Shown here one piece after another: positions 30,257-42,271 of a stretch of DNA of 64,000 nucleotides; position 1 is the first letter of the stretch, and each line of letters starts with the position of its first letter. Made by a program: the position numbers and the translations under genes. This DNA comes from Desulfobacterales bacterium (lineage in GTDB: Bacteria; Desulfobacterota; Desulfobacteria; Desulfobacterales; UBA5616): contig JAWODC010000092.1 of assembly GCA_046483495.1 (NCBI GenBank), positions 64,001 to 128,000 on the forward strand, given 5' to 3'. The notes below the pieces were generated by a model. The model was not told the origin of the DNA and did no database searches. It saw only the letters and a program-made list of their open reading frames with translations.

Positions 30257-31780
30257 TTAATCCATGTGCAAGGCACGCTGCGCCGCCTTTATTAATGCCT
30301 CGATTTCCGCATCGCCGATTTTTTCACCGGATTCGATTTTCCGGCATACCTCCGGAAGCGTATCCGATACCTCCCTACTGATCTTCTCGATGGCTGCGGG
30401 CACCTCATTAAGGTTGAATGCGTCGAATATCCCTTCGTTCAGGGAAACGAGAGCGGCAATTTGTTCACATACGGGCATAGGGTGGTACTGGGGCTGTTTA
30501 AACGCTTCTCGTATTCTTCGTCCCCTCACCAGCGTTGAGCGGGTTTCTTCGTCCATCTGCGTGCCGAATCGGGCGAAAGTTTCCAACTCTTCGAATTGGG
30601 AATAGGCCAGGCGCAGGTCTCCCGATACCGTTCGAAATGCCGGCAGCTGGGTCTTCCCCCCCACCCTGCTGACCGAGCGTCCCACATCCACAGCCGGCAG
30701 AATTCCCTTCCTGAAGAGATCGGGAGACAGGTAAATCTGTCCATCCGTAATTGAAATCAGGTTGGTCGGAATGTATGCGGATATGTTCTGCGCCTCGGTT
30801 TCGACAATCGGCAGGGTGGAAAGGGATCCTCCTCCGCCCTCCTTTTTCAGGTGCGTTGAACGCTCCAAGAGCCGCGAATGAATGTAGAATATGTCGCCGG
30901 GAAATGCCTCTCTTCCGGGCGGCCTTCGCAAAAGAAGAGCGATTTCCCTGTAGGCCCTTGCATGCCGGGTAAGGTCATCAAGCACCACTAAAACATCCAT
31001 TCCCCGGTCCATGAAAAATTCTCCCACTGCCATGGCGGCGTATGGGGTGATATATTGCAGGCCCGGTGGATCTTCCTCGGTTGAAACTACGGCGACACTG
31101 TATTTCATGGATTCGTAACGGCGCAGATCATCGATTAATTTTGCAACGGCGGACGCCCTTTTGCCGATGCCGCAGTAGATGCAGACCATATCCCCCTCGT
31201 TCTGGTTGATAATGATGTCGAGGGCTATCGCTGTTTTGCCGGTTTGACGGTCGCCGATAATGAGCTGCCGTTGTCCCCGGCCGATGGGAATCAGGGCATC
31301 GATGATTTTAATTCCCGTCTGTAGCGGAACCGTTACCGGCAATCGGTCCATCATGGAGGGTGCAGGCTTTTCCAGGGGATAGCGGCGGTCGCTTTTGATC
31401 GGCATCCCATCGTCAAGGGTTTCCCCCATGCCATTGACTATTCGGCCCAAAAGGGATTCGCCGACAGGTATCGTGAGGATTTCACCGGTCAAATAGACTT
31501 CATTGCCTGCTGCCAGGTGTTTGTTGTCATCTAACAGAACGATTCCGGTTTCCGTTTCTCTCAGGTCGAAGGCGATTCCGTATGCTGCACCCGGCAATCG
31601 AATCATCTCCTGGTTTCGTACGCCGGAAAGTCCCGTTGCCCGTATAATGCCCGGCCCGATATAGGTGATCGTGCCGACGTTTTGGACGGTGAGCTCCGGT
31701 GGCAGGGATTTTCCGGCGTTTTCGATGACCTCGGCGGCGCCGTCAAGTGATCTTTTTAGAATACTGGTGTTTTCGTTCAT
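30257..31780 (-). CDS. atpA: N-ATPase alpha subunit
   Basis: GDRQTGKT, RRPPGREAFPGD, PTNLISITDGQ. Confidence 0.97.
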   Translation of the reverse strand: MNENTSILKRSLDGAAEVIENAGKSLPPELTVQNVGTITYIGPGIIRATGLSGVRNQEMIRLPGAAYGIAFDLRETETGIVLLDDNKHLAAGNEVYLTGEILTIPVGESLLGRIVNGMGETLDDGMPIKSDRRYPLEKPAPSMMDRLPVTVPLQTGIKIIDALIPIGRGQRQLIIGDRQTGKTAIALDIIINQNEGDMVCIYCGIGKRASAVAKLIDDLRRYESMKYSVAVVSTEEDPPGLQYITPYAAMAVGEFFMDRGMDVLVVLDDLTRHARAYREIALLLRRPPGREAFPGDIFYIHSRLLERSTHLKKEGGGGSLSTLPIVETEAQNISAYIPTNLISITDGQIYLSPDLFRKGILPAVDVGRSVSRVGGKTQLPAFRTVSGDLRLAYSQFEELETFARFGTQMDEETRSTLVRGRRIREAFKQPQYHPMPVCEQIAALVSLNEGIFDAFNLNEVPAAIEKISREVSDTLPEVCRKIESGEKIGDAEIEALIKAAQRALHMD

Positions 31781-32592
31781 TCGGAATTTTGTCCCGGTTC
31801 CGCGTTTCGATAATCGATCTCACCGGAAATGCGTGATGCATTTTCGATCAGCTCCAACATTTTCTGCTCGATATCCCGGTAGGCGTCTTCCATATTCCAC
31901 GATATGCGTTTATTGTCGATATGCAAACGGATACCGGCAATCAATTCGGGATCCCTTCGATAATCAACCGGAAGATCGGGTGCGATTTCTTCGTGAAGCG
32001 CATCGGTTATCTTCTTTTTTTCATCACCGGACACGTCAAAAGCACTGTAAACGACAGCCGGTCCGGCCCCGTTGTTTCCACTTTTGCGAAGCCGATTTTT
32101 CTCCTCGATCGCCAGTTCTTTGATTTTCTGAACAAATATGTTTACCATTCGGCGCTCGAGATCTTCCTGCGCCAATTCGCGCATCAGGCGTTCGGAGAGA
32201 GCGAGAACCTGTCGAACGGAAACCCGCCGCAGGTCGTTCATGAAGGCCTTTTTGTCCCGCTCGATTGATCGGCGCCATGCGTTCTGACGCGCGTCCCGAT
32301 CACGTTTTGCGGCATGAAGAAGCTCCTCTTTGCGCCGGGCTGCATCTTCCTCCGCTCTTTTGAGAATTCCGGCCCGCTGCTGTTCGATTTCTTCTTGACG
32401 CCTGCGGAAACTTTCCGCCTCTTGCCGGCTTTCTTCTTTCTGCTCATCGGCTGCTTTGAGCCGGTCCTTGATGCGCTGTTCGCGTTCGTTCATGGCACGA
32501 ATAATGCGGTCGTAAAGGAAGTGTTTCAACAGGGCGACCAGAATTAAAAAATTCAGCACTTGTGCCAATACGGTAAACCAGTCCGTCAGCAT
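31777..32592 (-). CDS. atpF: N-ATPase b subunit (extended, delta-like C-terminus)
   Basis: MLTDWFTVLAQVLNFLILVALL, coiled coil, PELIAGI...SW. Confidence 0.92.
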   Translation of the reverse strand: MLTDWFTVLAQVLNFLILVALLKHFLYDRIIRAMNEREQRIKDRLKAADEQKEESRQEAESFRRRQEEIEQQRAGILKRAEEDAARRKEELLHAAKRDRDARQNAWRRSIERDKKAFMNDLRRVSVRQVLALSERLMRELAQEDLERRMVNIFVQKIKELAIEEKNRLRKSGNNGAGPAVVYSAFDVSGDEKKKITDALHEEIAPDLPVDYRRDPELIAGIRLHIDNKRISWNMEDAYRDIEQKMLELIENASRISGEIDYRNAEPGQNSE

Positions 32593-32596
32593 GCCG

Positions 32597-32875
32597 CTAT
32601 CCTCCTGCCCGGGAGACCACGTAATCCCAGAACGGATTTGCAAACAGCAGGATCATTGAAACGACGAAACAGTAAATGGCGGTGGATTCGATCATGGCAA
32701 GTCCGACGAACAAAATGCGGGTGATGCTGTTCGTTTCATCCGGCTGCTGAGCCATGGATGCAAGCGCCTGGGCGACGGCCCGGCCCTCCCCCAGCGCGGG
32801 GCCGATGGCTCCTATGCCGATCGTTATTCCGGCGGTAAAAATCGATACCATGCCGATAAATGAAATGCTTTCCAT
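32597..32875 (-). CDS. atpE: N-ATPase c subunit
   Basis: GPALGEG, QQPD, IESTAIY (Na+-binding-type motif). Confidence 0.96.
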   Translation of the reverse strand: MESISFIGMVSIFTAGITIGIGAIGPALGEGRAVAQALASMAQQPDETNSITRILFVGLAMIESTAIYCFVVSMILLFANPFWDYVVSRAGG

Positions 32876-33591
32876 CAGCGATCTCCTTTCTGTTCTTCGA
32901 AATTTTCATGGTGGACCCTCGTCCCCGATGCGATGTAGACCATAGCCAAAATCGCGAAAATATATGCCTGTATGACCCCGGTGATCAGTCCGAGAAGCTG
33001 CATCAAGACGGGAAACACCAACGGAGAAATCGCCAGAAGGATGGCGGCTATTTTCGTTCCGCTCATGATGTTTCCAAATAAGCGCACGGCTAAAGCGAGT
33101 GTCCGTGACAATTCTCCCATGATGTTGAAGGGCAGCATAAAAACGGTGGGTCGAATGTATTGTTTCAGATAGTCGATAAAACCCCTGCTCTTTACCCCGT
33201 AGATCGGAACGGCCAGAAACACGCAGACGGCCAGTGCCCCTGTGGTGGAAAGAGAAGCGGTCGTGGGGACAAACCCGGGGATAACGGTCAGCAGGTTGGA
33301 TATCAGGATGAAAAGGAACAGCGTGGCGATAAAACCCATGTATTTGTCCGGATCATCCTGGCTCGTTTCCCGAATTTCGTTTCTGATGGCGCTTACCAGC
33401 GCTTCGAGCAGATTCTGCAGGGGCGGTATGTCGACGCCCGAGGACAAACGTCGCGTCACGAGCCATGAAACGCCGACCAAAAACGCCATGACGATCCAGG
33501 CATACACGATCGTTGCGTTGATAACGACAAACCCCTTTTGCCAGAATATGATCTGGTCGGGACTGATTTGCTTCAACCCCATGAGTTCCAT
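32875..33591 (-). CDS. atpB: N-ATPase a subunit
   Basis: SRTLALAVRLFGN, IQAYIFAILA. Confidence 0.96.
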   Translation of the reverse strand: MELMGLKQISPDQIIFWQKGFVVINATIVYAWIVMAFLVGVSWLVTRRLSSGVDIPPLQNLLEALVSAIRNEIRETSQDDPDKYMGFIATLFLFILISNLLTVIPGFVPTTASLSTTGALAVCVFLAVPIYGVKSRGFIDYLKQYIRPTVFMLPFNIMGELSRTLALAVRLFGNIMSGTKIAAILLAISPLVFPVLMQLLGLITGVIQAYIFAILAMVYIASGTRVHHENFEEQKGDR

Positions 33592-33620
33592 AACCGTTTC
33601 TCCCGATTCGTCGATTCGGT

Positions 33621-33905
33621 TTAGGGCGGATTATCCGGTGCCGATTTCCCGGTTTTCGAAACCATCTTTATCATCAGTATTCTCGCCGAAAAGAAACCGG
33701 CGAGTATCCAGAACAGCCGGTTTATTCGACCGTCGAAAATCACGTACACGGCCGCCAGAAATACCGCCAGCCTGAAAAAGAAGCTGGAAATGGAAAAAAA
33801 AACCGCTCGTTTGCTGCCGACCATGCGGCACACGGTCCAATACAGGCCGCCATAGTAAAACAGGCCGATACAAATTCCCCATGTGAATACCAGCAGTTCA
33901 GTCAT
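33621..33905 (-). CDS. atpR: N-ATPase AtpR subunit
   Basis: GLFYYGGLYWTV, SFFFRL, GFFSAR; position before atpB. Confidence 0.85.
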   Translation of the reverse strand: MTELLVFTWGICIGLFYYGGLYWTVCRMVGSKRAVFFSISSFFFRLAVFLAAVYVIFDGRINRLFWILAGFFSARILMIKMVSKTGKSAPDNPP

Positions 33906-35130
33906 TTTCCGTTTTGTATCCGGATTTTTCGATTGTGAATTGAACGCCGAACGGACTGATGAGGCATGTTCCGACGGCAACAAAAACCATTGCGTTGAAC
34001 AGTGCCGATGGTACGGCCCAATTCCCCATGCTAAGGCCGGTCTGCATGATGACCATGGTGATTTCCGCCCTGGGAACCATGCTGATGCCGATGAGCGCCG
34101 CACTGACCGAGCCATACATGAAATAAACGGGAAAGCCGTTTGCCGCGAATTTTCCGATTACCGCCGCTGCCAACAATACACCGCCCAATTTCAATCCGGA
34201 GACCATCGTTGCCGGATCTATATCGAGTCCTACGCCGAGGAGAAAAAACGGACTGAAGAATTCATATATGGGAATGAAGGAGGACTCCATCTTAATGCAA
34301 TCCGGATCACGGCTGAATAACAGACCCGCAAAGAATGCCCCGATAGCCAGGGACAGTCCTAAAAGAGCGGCCAGGGCGGCAATTACGAATCCAAAGGAAA
34401 TCACGATGATCATCGCATCCGGCGGCGGTTCATCAAGGTTTTTGAAATAGTTCATCATGCGCTCTTCGACGAAGTGGGCGAAAAGAAAACAAAGAGCGGC
34501 AAATCCAATGAATTTTAAACAGACGACCGCAAGCTGAATAGGGATAAGACGGACAAGGGAGGCGTTTTCGCCGGCATGCAGCACAGGGGCGACTGAAAAC
34601 AGCAGGGCCATGATGAAAATCGCCGAGATGTCATCCATTTCCGCAACATCGATCAACAGTTTTCCATCCGTGGAGTCAAGGATGTTCATTTCTTCCCAAA
34701 TTTTGACGGAAACTCCCACACTCGTGGCCGTAAAAGCTGCTGTGATGAACAGGCTCGGTATGAGGTGGATGCCCAAGGCGTAATATGCGGTGATAAAACC
34801 GACTGCACCGCTGATGACCATATTCGCCGACCAAACCACGCTTGCCCGTCGGACTTGGGCAAGAAGGCTTTTGAGATTACTTTCCAGACCGACCCTGAAC
34901 AGGATCGTGATCAGCCCGAGTTCGCCGAAAAACGAAAATATGTCAAAGGCTTCTTCCGGTATAGGGCCTTCTGTTCCGTTTGCCCAGCGAATGAAAATGC
35001 CGGTGGCAAGGAATCCGACGAGGGCCGGTATCCTGATGCGGGTCAGGATGGATTTGACGAACATAATCCAGATCAGAATTCCGCCAAGTGCGATAATAAC
35101 CTGCACGATGTGGTGATTCGAATCAGTCAC
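33898..35130 (-). CDS. Cation:proton antiporter (CPA2/Kef-type)
   Basis: Polytopic; LFRVGLES, TATSVGV, AEMDDI, GAFFAGL, IGKF, MVPRAE. Confidence 0.9.
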   Translation of the reverse strand: MTDSNHHIVQVIIALGGILIWIMFVKSILTRIRIPALVGFLATGIFIRWANGTEGPIPEEAFDIFSFFGELGLITILFRVGLESNLKSLLAQVRRASVVWSANMVISGAVGFITAYYALGIHLIPSLFITAAFTATSVGVSVKIWEEMNILDSTDGKLLIDVAEMDDISAIFIMALLFSVAPVLHAGENASLVRLIPIQLAVVCLKFIGFAALCFLFAHFVEERMMNYFKNLDEPPPDAMIIVISFGFVIAALAALLGLSLAIGAFFAGLLFSRDPDCIKMESSFIPIYEFFSPFFLLGVGLDIDPATMVSGLKLGGVLLAAAVIGKFAANGFPVYFMYGSVSAALIGISMVPRAEITMVIMQTGLSMGNWAVPSALFNAMVFVAVGTCLISPFGVQFTIEKSGYKTEND

Positions 35131-35410
35131 TTTTTCCTTCCCGCTGGACCCAAAACCAGGCGTTTAAACACCCGAGCAGTAAACCGACGACAAGCCCCGT
35201 TAGTGTCCACGAATACCGCGACGGCCATGTTTTGTCGATCCATACGCCCAGAGCGATCCCTAAAAGAGTGGGAACGGCCACCGACCATCCCACCAGGCCG
35301 AACATTCCCAGGCTGAACCAGATATTTCGGTCGCTTTCTTTTTTGGCGCGGATCTTGCGCCGTTCCTTTTTCCCAATCTCCTCGGGAAATTTCTTGTTTG
35401 AGCGGTTCAT
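35123..35410 (-). CDS. atpQ: N-ATPase AtpQ (AtpZ/AtpI-like) protein
   Basis: LGMFGLVGWSVAVPTLLG...WID...GCLNAW. Confidence 0.88.
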   Translation of the reverse strand: MNRSNKKFPEEIGKKERRKIRAKKESDRNIWFSLGMFGLVGWSVAVPTLLGIALGVWIDKTWPSRYSWTLTGLVVGLLLGCLNAWFWVQREGKSD

Positions 35411-35416
35411 AAATGT

Positions 35417-37203
<1,787 letters not shown>

Positions 37204-39612
37204 TTAGCCGCTCTTTCGCTTCTTGCGTTCCGCTTTTGCTACATGGTTGATTACATCGATGACACTGTCGGGGTTAAGGGAAATGGAATCGATACCCTCT
37301 TCGACCAAAAATTCTGCGAACTCCGGATGATCGCTGGGCGCCTGGCCGCAGATGCCCACCTTTCGTTTCTTTTTGTGGGCGGTTTTTATCAGCCGTGCGA
37401 TTTCACGCTTCACCGCCTCATTCTGTTCATCAAACAGGTGGGCCAGTTCGGATGAATCCCGGTCAACACCTAAAACCAACTGCGTCAGATCGTTCGAACC
37501 GATCGAAAACCCATCGAACAGGTCGCTGAACCGGTCGGCTAAAATGATATTTGAAGGGATTTCACTCATCATATACACTTCCAGACCGTTCTTTCCCCGT
37601 TTCAGGCCGTTTTCCGCAAGCACCTCGAGAACGCGTTCAGCCTCATCGATCGTTCTGCAGAATGGAATCATAATTAAGGTATTGGTAAGCCCTATTGCTT
37701 CCCGGACCCGGCGAATGGCTTTGCATTCGAGGGAAAATCCGCCGCGATAGCGATCGCTGTAATAGCGGGAAGCACCGCGAAACCCGATCATGGGGTTGCT
37801 CTCTTGCGGTTCGAATGCTTTTCCACCGATGAGGTTGGCATATTCATTGGTTTTGAAGTCGCTCATGCGGACGATAACCGGCTCGGGATGTTGGGAGGCG
37901 GCGATGCGTGCAATGCCCTGGGCCAGAAGATCGATGAAGTACTCTGATTTGTCATCGAATCCGCTCGTCAGTTCATCGATTTTCCGTTTATCATCGCCGG
38001 ACTTCAAATCGTGATAATGGATCAGGGCCATCGGGTGGATTTGAATGATATTGTTGATGATGAATTCCATGCGGGCGAGTCCGATGCCTTTGGCCGGCAG
38101 GGACCACCAGCTGAAAGCGGCTGCCGGGCTGGCGATATTCATCATGATGCGTGTTCGGGTTTCCGGCAGATCTTCCAGTTTGATTTCCTTTTCCTCGAAA
38201 TCGAGGATTCCTTTGTAAATGTAGCCCTCATCTCCCTGGGCACAGCTTAACGTGATTTTATCGCCGTTCGCAATCTTCTCCGTTGCATTTCCGCAACCCA
38301 CCACCGCGGGTATGCCCAACTCCCGGCTGACAATAGCCGCATGACACGTTCGGCCGCCGTGGTCCGTGATGATGCCGATGGATTTTTTCATAATGGGGAC
38401 CCAATCCGGATCCGTCATCTCCGTGACAAGAATGGCCCCCTCTTTAAACCGGCTGATGTGATCGGCGCTTTTGATCAGGCACGCTTCCCCCGCGGCTATG
38501 GCATTGCCGATGCTCAGGCCTTTGACGATCACGGTGCCCGATTCCTTCAGAGAATAGGTGTTTAGAACGCCGGCTTTCTTCCGGGACTGAACCGTTTCAG
38601 GCCGGGCCTGGACAATATACAGCTTGCCGGATTCGCCGTCCCCCGCCCACTCGATATCCATCGGTTTGCCGTAATGCTCTTCGATTTTGACGGCCCATCG
38701 GGCCAGGGTCAGCATGTCCTTTTCATTCAATACAAATGCCCGGCGCTCTTTTTTTGGCGTATCGATATTCTTGGTCGCTTTACTGCCGCCTTTTGCATAA
38801 ATCAGCTTTTTTTCTTTTTCCCCAAGGTTTTTATGGATAATCGGGACCAGCTTTTCATTGGTGAGCAGCGGCTTGAAAACGGTATATTCATCCGGATTGA
38901 CCGTCCCCTGAACGACATTTTCTCCGAGCCCCCAGGCGGCATTGATCACCACGACATCGGGGAAACCGGTTTCCGTGTCCAGGGTAAACATCACGCCGGA
39001 TCCCCATAAATCGGACCGAACCATTTTTTGAACGCCGACGGAGAGAGCGATCTCCTTGGTGTCGAAACCTTTTTCTATTCGATAGCTGATCGCCCGGTCC
39101 GTAAAGAGGGATGCATAGCATTTCCGGCAGGCGTCCAGGAGCTCTTTGTCACCCGTCACATTCAGAAACGTTTCCTGCTGACCGGCAAAACTGGCTTCCG
39201 GAAGGTCTTCGGCCGTAGCGCTGCTGCGCACGGCTACATCTACGTCTTTTTTATTATACTGATCGCAAAGGTCATGATAGGCGGACGTGATTTCAGATGC
39301 GATATCCTCCGGCCACTCGGCGCGATTGAACAGTTTGCGGACCTCACGGCCCGTACTTTCCAGGGATTTACGCTTTTCGCGGTAATCGGCAAGCAAATCG
39401 TCAATTTTCTGCTTTATGCCGTTTTCTTCGATAAACCGCTGATAGGCGTCGGCTGTGGTGGCGAATCCGTCCGGCACGAGAATATTTTCTTCCTTCAGCG
39501 ATTGAATCATTTCTCCTAACGACGCATTTTTCCCCCCCACCCGGGGTGTAGCATTTGCATCGATTTCCTCCAGCCGGAGAACGTATGTGCTTTCAGTCAT
39601 GTTTTTCTCCAT
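37204..39612 (-). CDS. ppsA: Phosphoenolpyruvate synthase
   Basis: VGGKNASLGE, AVRSSATAEDLP, QARPETV, GGRTCHAAIVSRE, SIGSNDLTQ, ICGQAPSD. Confidence 0.96.
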   Translation of the reverse strand: MEKNMTESTYVLRLEEIDANATPRVGGKNASLGEMIQSLKEENILVPDGFATTADAYQRFIEENGIKQKIDDLLADYREKRKSLESTGREVRKLFNRAEWPEDIASEITSAYHDLCDQYNKKDVDVAVRSSATAEDLPEASFAGQQETFLNVTGDKELLDACRKCYASLFTDRAISYRIEKGFDTKEIALSVGVQKMVRSDLWGSGVMFTLDTETGFPDVVVINAAWGLGENVVQGTVNPDEYTVFKPLLTNEKLVPIIHKNLGEKEKKLIYAKGGSKATKNIDTPKKERRAFVLNEKDMLTLARWAVKIEEHYGKPMDIEWAGDGESGKLYIVQARPETVQSRKKAGVLNTYSLKESGTVIVKGLSIGNAIAAGEACLIKSADHISRFKEGAILVTEMTDPDWVPIMKKSIGIITDHGGRTCHAAIVSRELGIPAVVGCGNATEKIANGDKITLSCAQGDEGYIYKGILDFEEKEIKLEDLPETRTRIMMNIASPAAAFSWWSLPAKGIGLARMEFIINNIIQIHPMALIHYHDLKSGDDKRKIDELTSGFDDKSEYFIDLLAQGIARIAASQHPEPVIVRMSDFKTNEYANLIGGKAFEPQESNPMIGFRGASRYYSDRYRGGFSLECKAIRRVREAIGLTNTLIMIPFCRTIDEAERVLEVLAENGLKRGKNGLEVYMMSEIPSNIILADRFSDLFDGFSIGSNDLTQLVLGVDRDSSELAHLFDEQNEAVKREIARLIKTAHKKKRKVGICGQAPSDHPEFAEFLVEEGIDSISLNPDSVIDVINHVAKAERKKRKSG

Positions 39613-39680
39613 TTTTTTAAAAGGATAATTCCGTTTGCCGCGGATTCTGTTCCCATCGAGGCTTCCGGTTCTTCACCGGT

Positions 39681-41018
39681 TTATCGTTGTTTATTTTCGG
39701 AATCCGATGTCCGGGGTTCGGCATCGGTGGGGTATCGCAACCACTCGAACGTGCGGGGATCGAGTTTATCCACATGCGGCTGATAAATGGGAGGCTCGTA
39801 AACATCCACAACATCGAGTGCATTGTTCACCGCTGTAACCCCCTTGGTTCGTGAGGCGATATCATCGGCCTGCATTTTTTCAACATAGGTCTGAACTTTG
39901 CCGGTGAGTTCGGCAATGCCGTTTTCCACATCGACGGTAATATCGAAAAGATCGATGCGGGGATCTCTCAGGAAGGCGTCTCTGAGACGCTGTTCTATCT
40001 CATTATCGTTTTGCCCGGCTTGCGGGTTGACCCGGATCGTGTTTTTCACGAACAGAACGCCGGCCGTGTGTGCTGCATTCTGCTGAGCTGCGCGTTTTGC
40101 TTTTAAATGATCGACTTCCCCGTCGAGAGTGACAAATCCTTCCGTGACGGTCACTCCGATATCGAATGGAGACACCCTGGGATCCTGGGCAAGTGCGGTT
40201 CGAAGGGCATTCGTTATTTCCGTATCCGTTCTTTTAGTGATTTTTTTTTCCTTGAGATCGGGATCGCCCACCCGCGGACGAACGAAAAGACCGGAGTGAT
40301 CGACGGAATGGACACCGAGAACATAGGCATTCAGAACGGCTTGTTCCTTTTCCGCTAAACTGCCGACAATTCCGGTCAATGCAACATCGCCGTCCGTGAC
40401 ATCGACGGCGATATCGGCGGCATCCACATATACATCATACTGAAGGCGTTTTTCGATGTCGGCGGCAAGTTCCGCGTCCGGTCGATTCCGGTCATAAGCT
40501 ACGGTGATGCGGTTTTCCATGCCGGCCACCCCGTTCACCCCCTTTGCGATACTTTCGATCAGAAGTTTATCCTTATAGGAAGGGGCCGTTCCCTGCAGCG
40601 TAACGGTATGATGATCGACCGTTACGGTGAGTTCGGCTTCGTCGATGGCCGGATCGGCAGTTAAAGCGGCGAGAACATCCGCTTTGATTTCATGATCCTC
40701 TCGAAGTGCTGTTGGAACCACCTCGATTAAGTTGATGACGGACGTGACCCCGCGAACGGTCTTTGCGATATCGGCCGATCGTTCCCTTGCAAGCATGTCG
40801 CTCACGGTACCGGTAAGCGTCACGACACCATCCGTTACGTCAGCCTGGACGGCCCGCTCCGGAATATGCCGGTCTTCGTTGAACTCATCCGCCACGGCAT
40901 CGGCTATAGCCGTGTCTTCCGAATTCAATTCCACCGCCCGTATCGATGAATTGGAGAGAAATACGCACGTTGACACTATGAAAACCATCATCATGCAGCT
41001 GATATGCACCGATTTCAT
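39681..41018 (-). CDS. Secreted protein with ~5 BON domains (OsmY-like)
   Basis: RBS AAGGAG before ATG 41018; signal peptide; repeated D..I...V.L.G.V....GV..V.N units. Confidence 0.88.
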   Translation of the reverse strand: MKSVHISCMMMVFIVSTCVFLSNSSIRAVELNSEDTAIADAVADEFNEDRHIPERAVQADVTDGVVTLTGTVSDMLARERSADIAKTVRGVTSVINLIEVVPTALREDHEIKADVLAALTADPAIDEAELTVTVDHHTVTLQGTAPSYKDKLLIESIAKGVNGVAGMENRITVAYDRNRPDAELAADIEKRLQYDVYVDAADIAVDVTDGDVALTGIVGSLAEKEQAVLNAYVLGVHSVDHSGLFVRPRVGDPDLKEKKITKRTDTEITNALRTALAQDPRVSPFDIGVTVTEGFVTLDGEVDHLKAKRAAQQNAAHTAGVLFVKNTIRVNPQAGQNDNEIEQRLRDAFLRDPRIDLFDITVDVENGIAELTGKVQTYVEKMQADDIASRTKGVTAVNNALDVVDVYEPPIYQPHVDKLDPRTFEWLRYPTDAEPRTSDSENKQR

Positions 41019-41314
41019 AATTCTCCTTTTTTTTGGAAATGAATTCAACTTTCGGCTTTCATGTCGAAGGGCAGAGCGGTTCAGGCCGTTCGCAGGCGTT
41101 CGATCAGCGTGAGCCGATTAATCCCTGTTGCCGGAGCGCCTGAATATGCCGCATGCAAAAAAGCGAATGATAATGATTCTCTAAATGGGTGCATTTTTGC
41201 CCTGCGCTGCGGATAGAGGGCCTTTTCGGCGCGTTTATGCGCGCCCAAACGGGGTTAATGAACGTCGAAAGTCGACAAATAAATATAATTTATCCTGATT
41301 AGACAGCCGGTTGA

Positions 41315-41332
41315 ATACGGTGAATCCTGTAT
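41315..41332. promoter_or_regulatory. 18-bp box (strong copy)
   Basis: ATACGGTGAATCCTGTAT between divergent BON and PRT genes. Confidence 0.65.
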
Positions 41333-41391
41333 TTGTCCGACAATGATCATCCACGGATACGACATGGATAGGGTTTCCCAAACGGGAAGAA

Positions 41392-41409
41392 ATACGGGTT
41401 ATTCGGTAT
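41392..41409. promoter_or_regulatory. 18-bp box (reverse orientation)
   Basis: ATACGGGTTATTCGGTAT, ~75 bp before the PRT ATG. Confidence 0.55.
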
Positions 41410-41483
41410 TTATTTATCCTCTCCATTCATCATATGATCTGAAAACGCCGGATATACCGAAAATCAACGCCGGAGGTGAAAGA

Positions 41484-42224
41484 ATGGGAAACGTCCACGA
41501 AATCGAAAAATATCATAATGTAGTCCGTATATTCGCCGATCGGGTGCATGCGGGAAAGCTCCTGGGAGAAATGTTGCAGCCGGTGTATGGCGCCGAAGAC
41601 CTGGTCATGGCCATACCCGCCGGGGGAGTGCCGGTAGGAATGACGGTTGCCCGGATGTTGGGGTGCCCGTTTGACATGGTCATTGTCCGCAAGTTGAAAA
41701 TTCCGGGGAACCCCGAAGCCGGTTTCGGCGCCATGACCACTCAGGGCACCCTTTTTCTGAATGAAGCCCTTTTGCAGCAGCTTGATTTGAGACCTGATCA
41801 AATAGGCCGGGAGGCGGAACGGGTAAAGGCGGAACTTGAGGAGCGGGATAGAAGACTCAGGGGGGGCAGGGCGTTTCCCGACATAAAAGGCAAACGAGTA
41901 ATTATCGTTGATGACGGCCTTGCTTCCGGTTATACCATGTTGGCTGCGGTGTACCTGATTAAGAAAAGCATGGCCAGCGAAGTTGTCGTGGCTGTCCCTA
42001 CCGCACCGCTCACAACCATTGAATCGATAGAATCCGGTGTCGATCGGATTTACTGTGTCAATATACGGGAGGTCGGCCATTTCGCCGTTGCGGATGCGTA
42101 TCGGAACTGGCGCGATTTGACGGAAAACGAGATACTCCACATGCTGTCCGTGCAGCAGAAACCGCGAAGTAGCCACCGATCCGCGGCTGAAGAATATAAA
42201 CGGACGGATACGTCTCCACCATAG
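41484..42224 (+). CDS. Phosphoribosyltransferase (Rv0571c/Rv2030c-like type)
   Basis: FADRVHAG..L, IPAGGVPV, VRKL.IPGNPEAGFGA, IIVDDGLASG PRPP loop. Confidence 0.92.
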   Translation: MGNVHEIEKYHNVVRIFADRVHAGKLLGEMLQPVYGAEDLVMAIPAGGVPVGMTVARMLGCPFDMVIVRKLKIPGNPEAGFGAMTTQGTLFLNEALLQQLDLRPDQIGREAERVKAELEERDRRLRGGRAFPDIKGKRVIIVDDGLASGYTMLAAVYLIKKSMASEVVVAVPTAPLTTIESIESGVDRIYCVNIREVGHFAVADAYRNWRDLTENEILHMLSVQQKPRSSHRSAAEEYKRTDTSPP

Positions 42225-42271
42225 TCGCAAACCTCTAAAATCACCATTCTGCAAGAGAGGAGAGGTACAAG

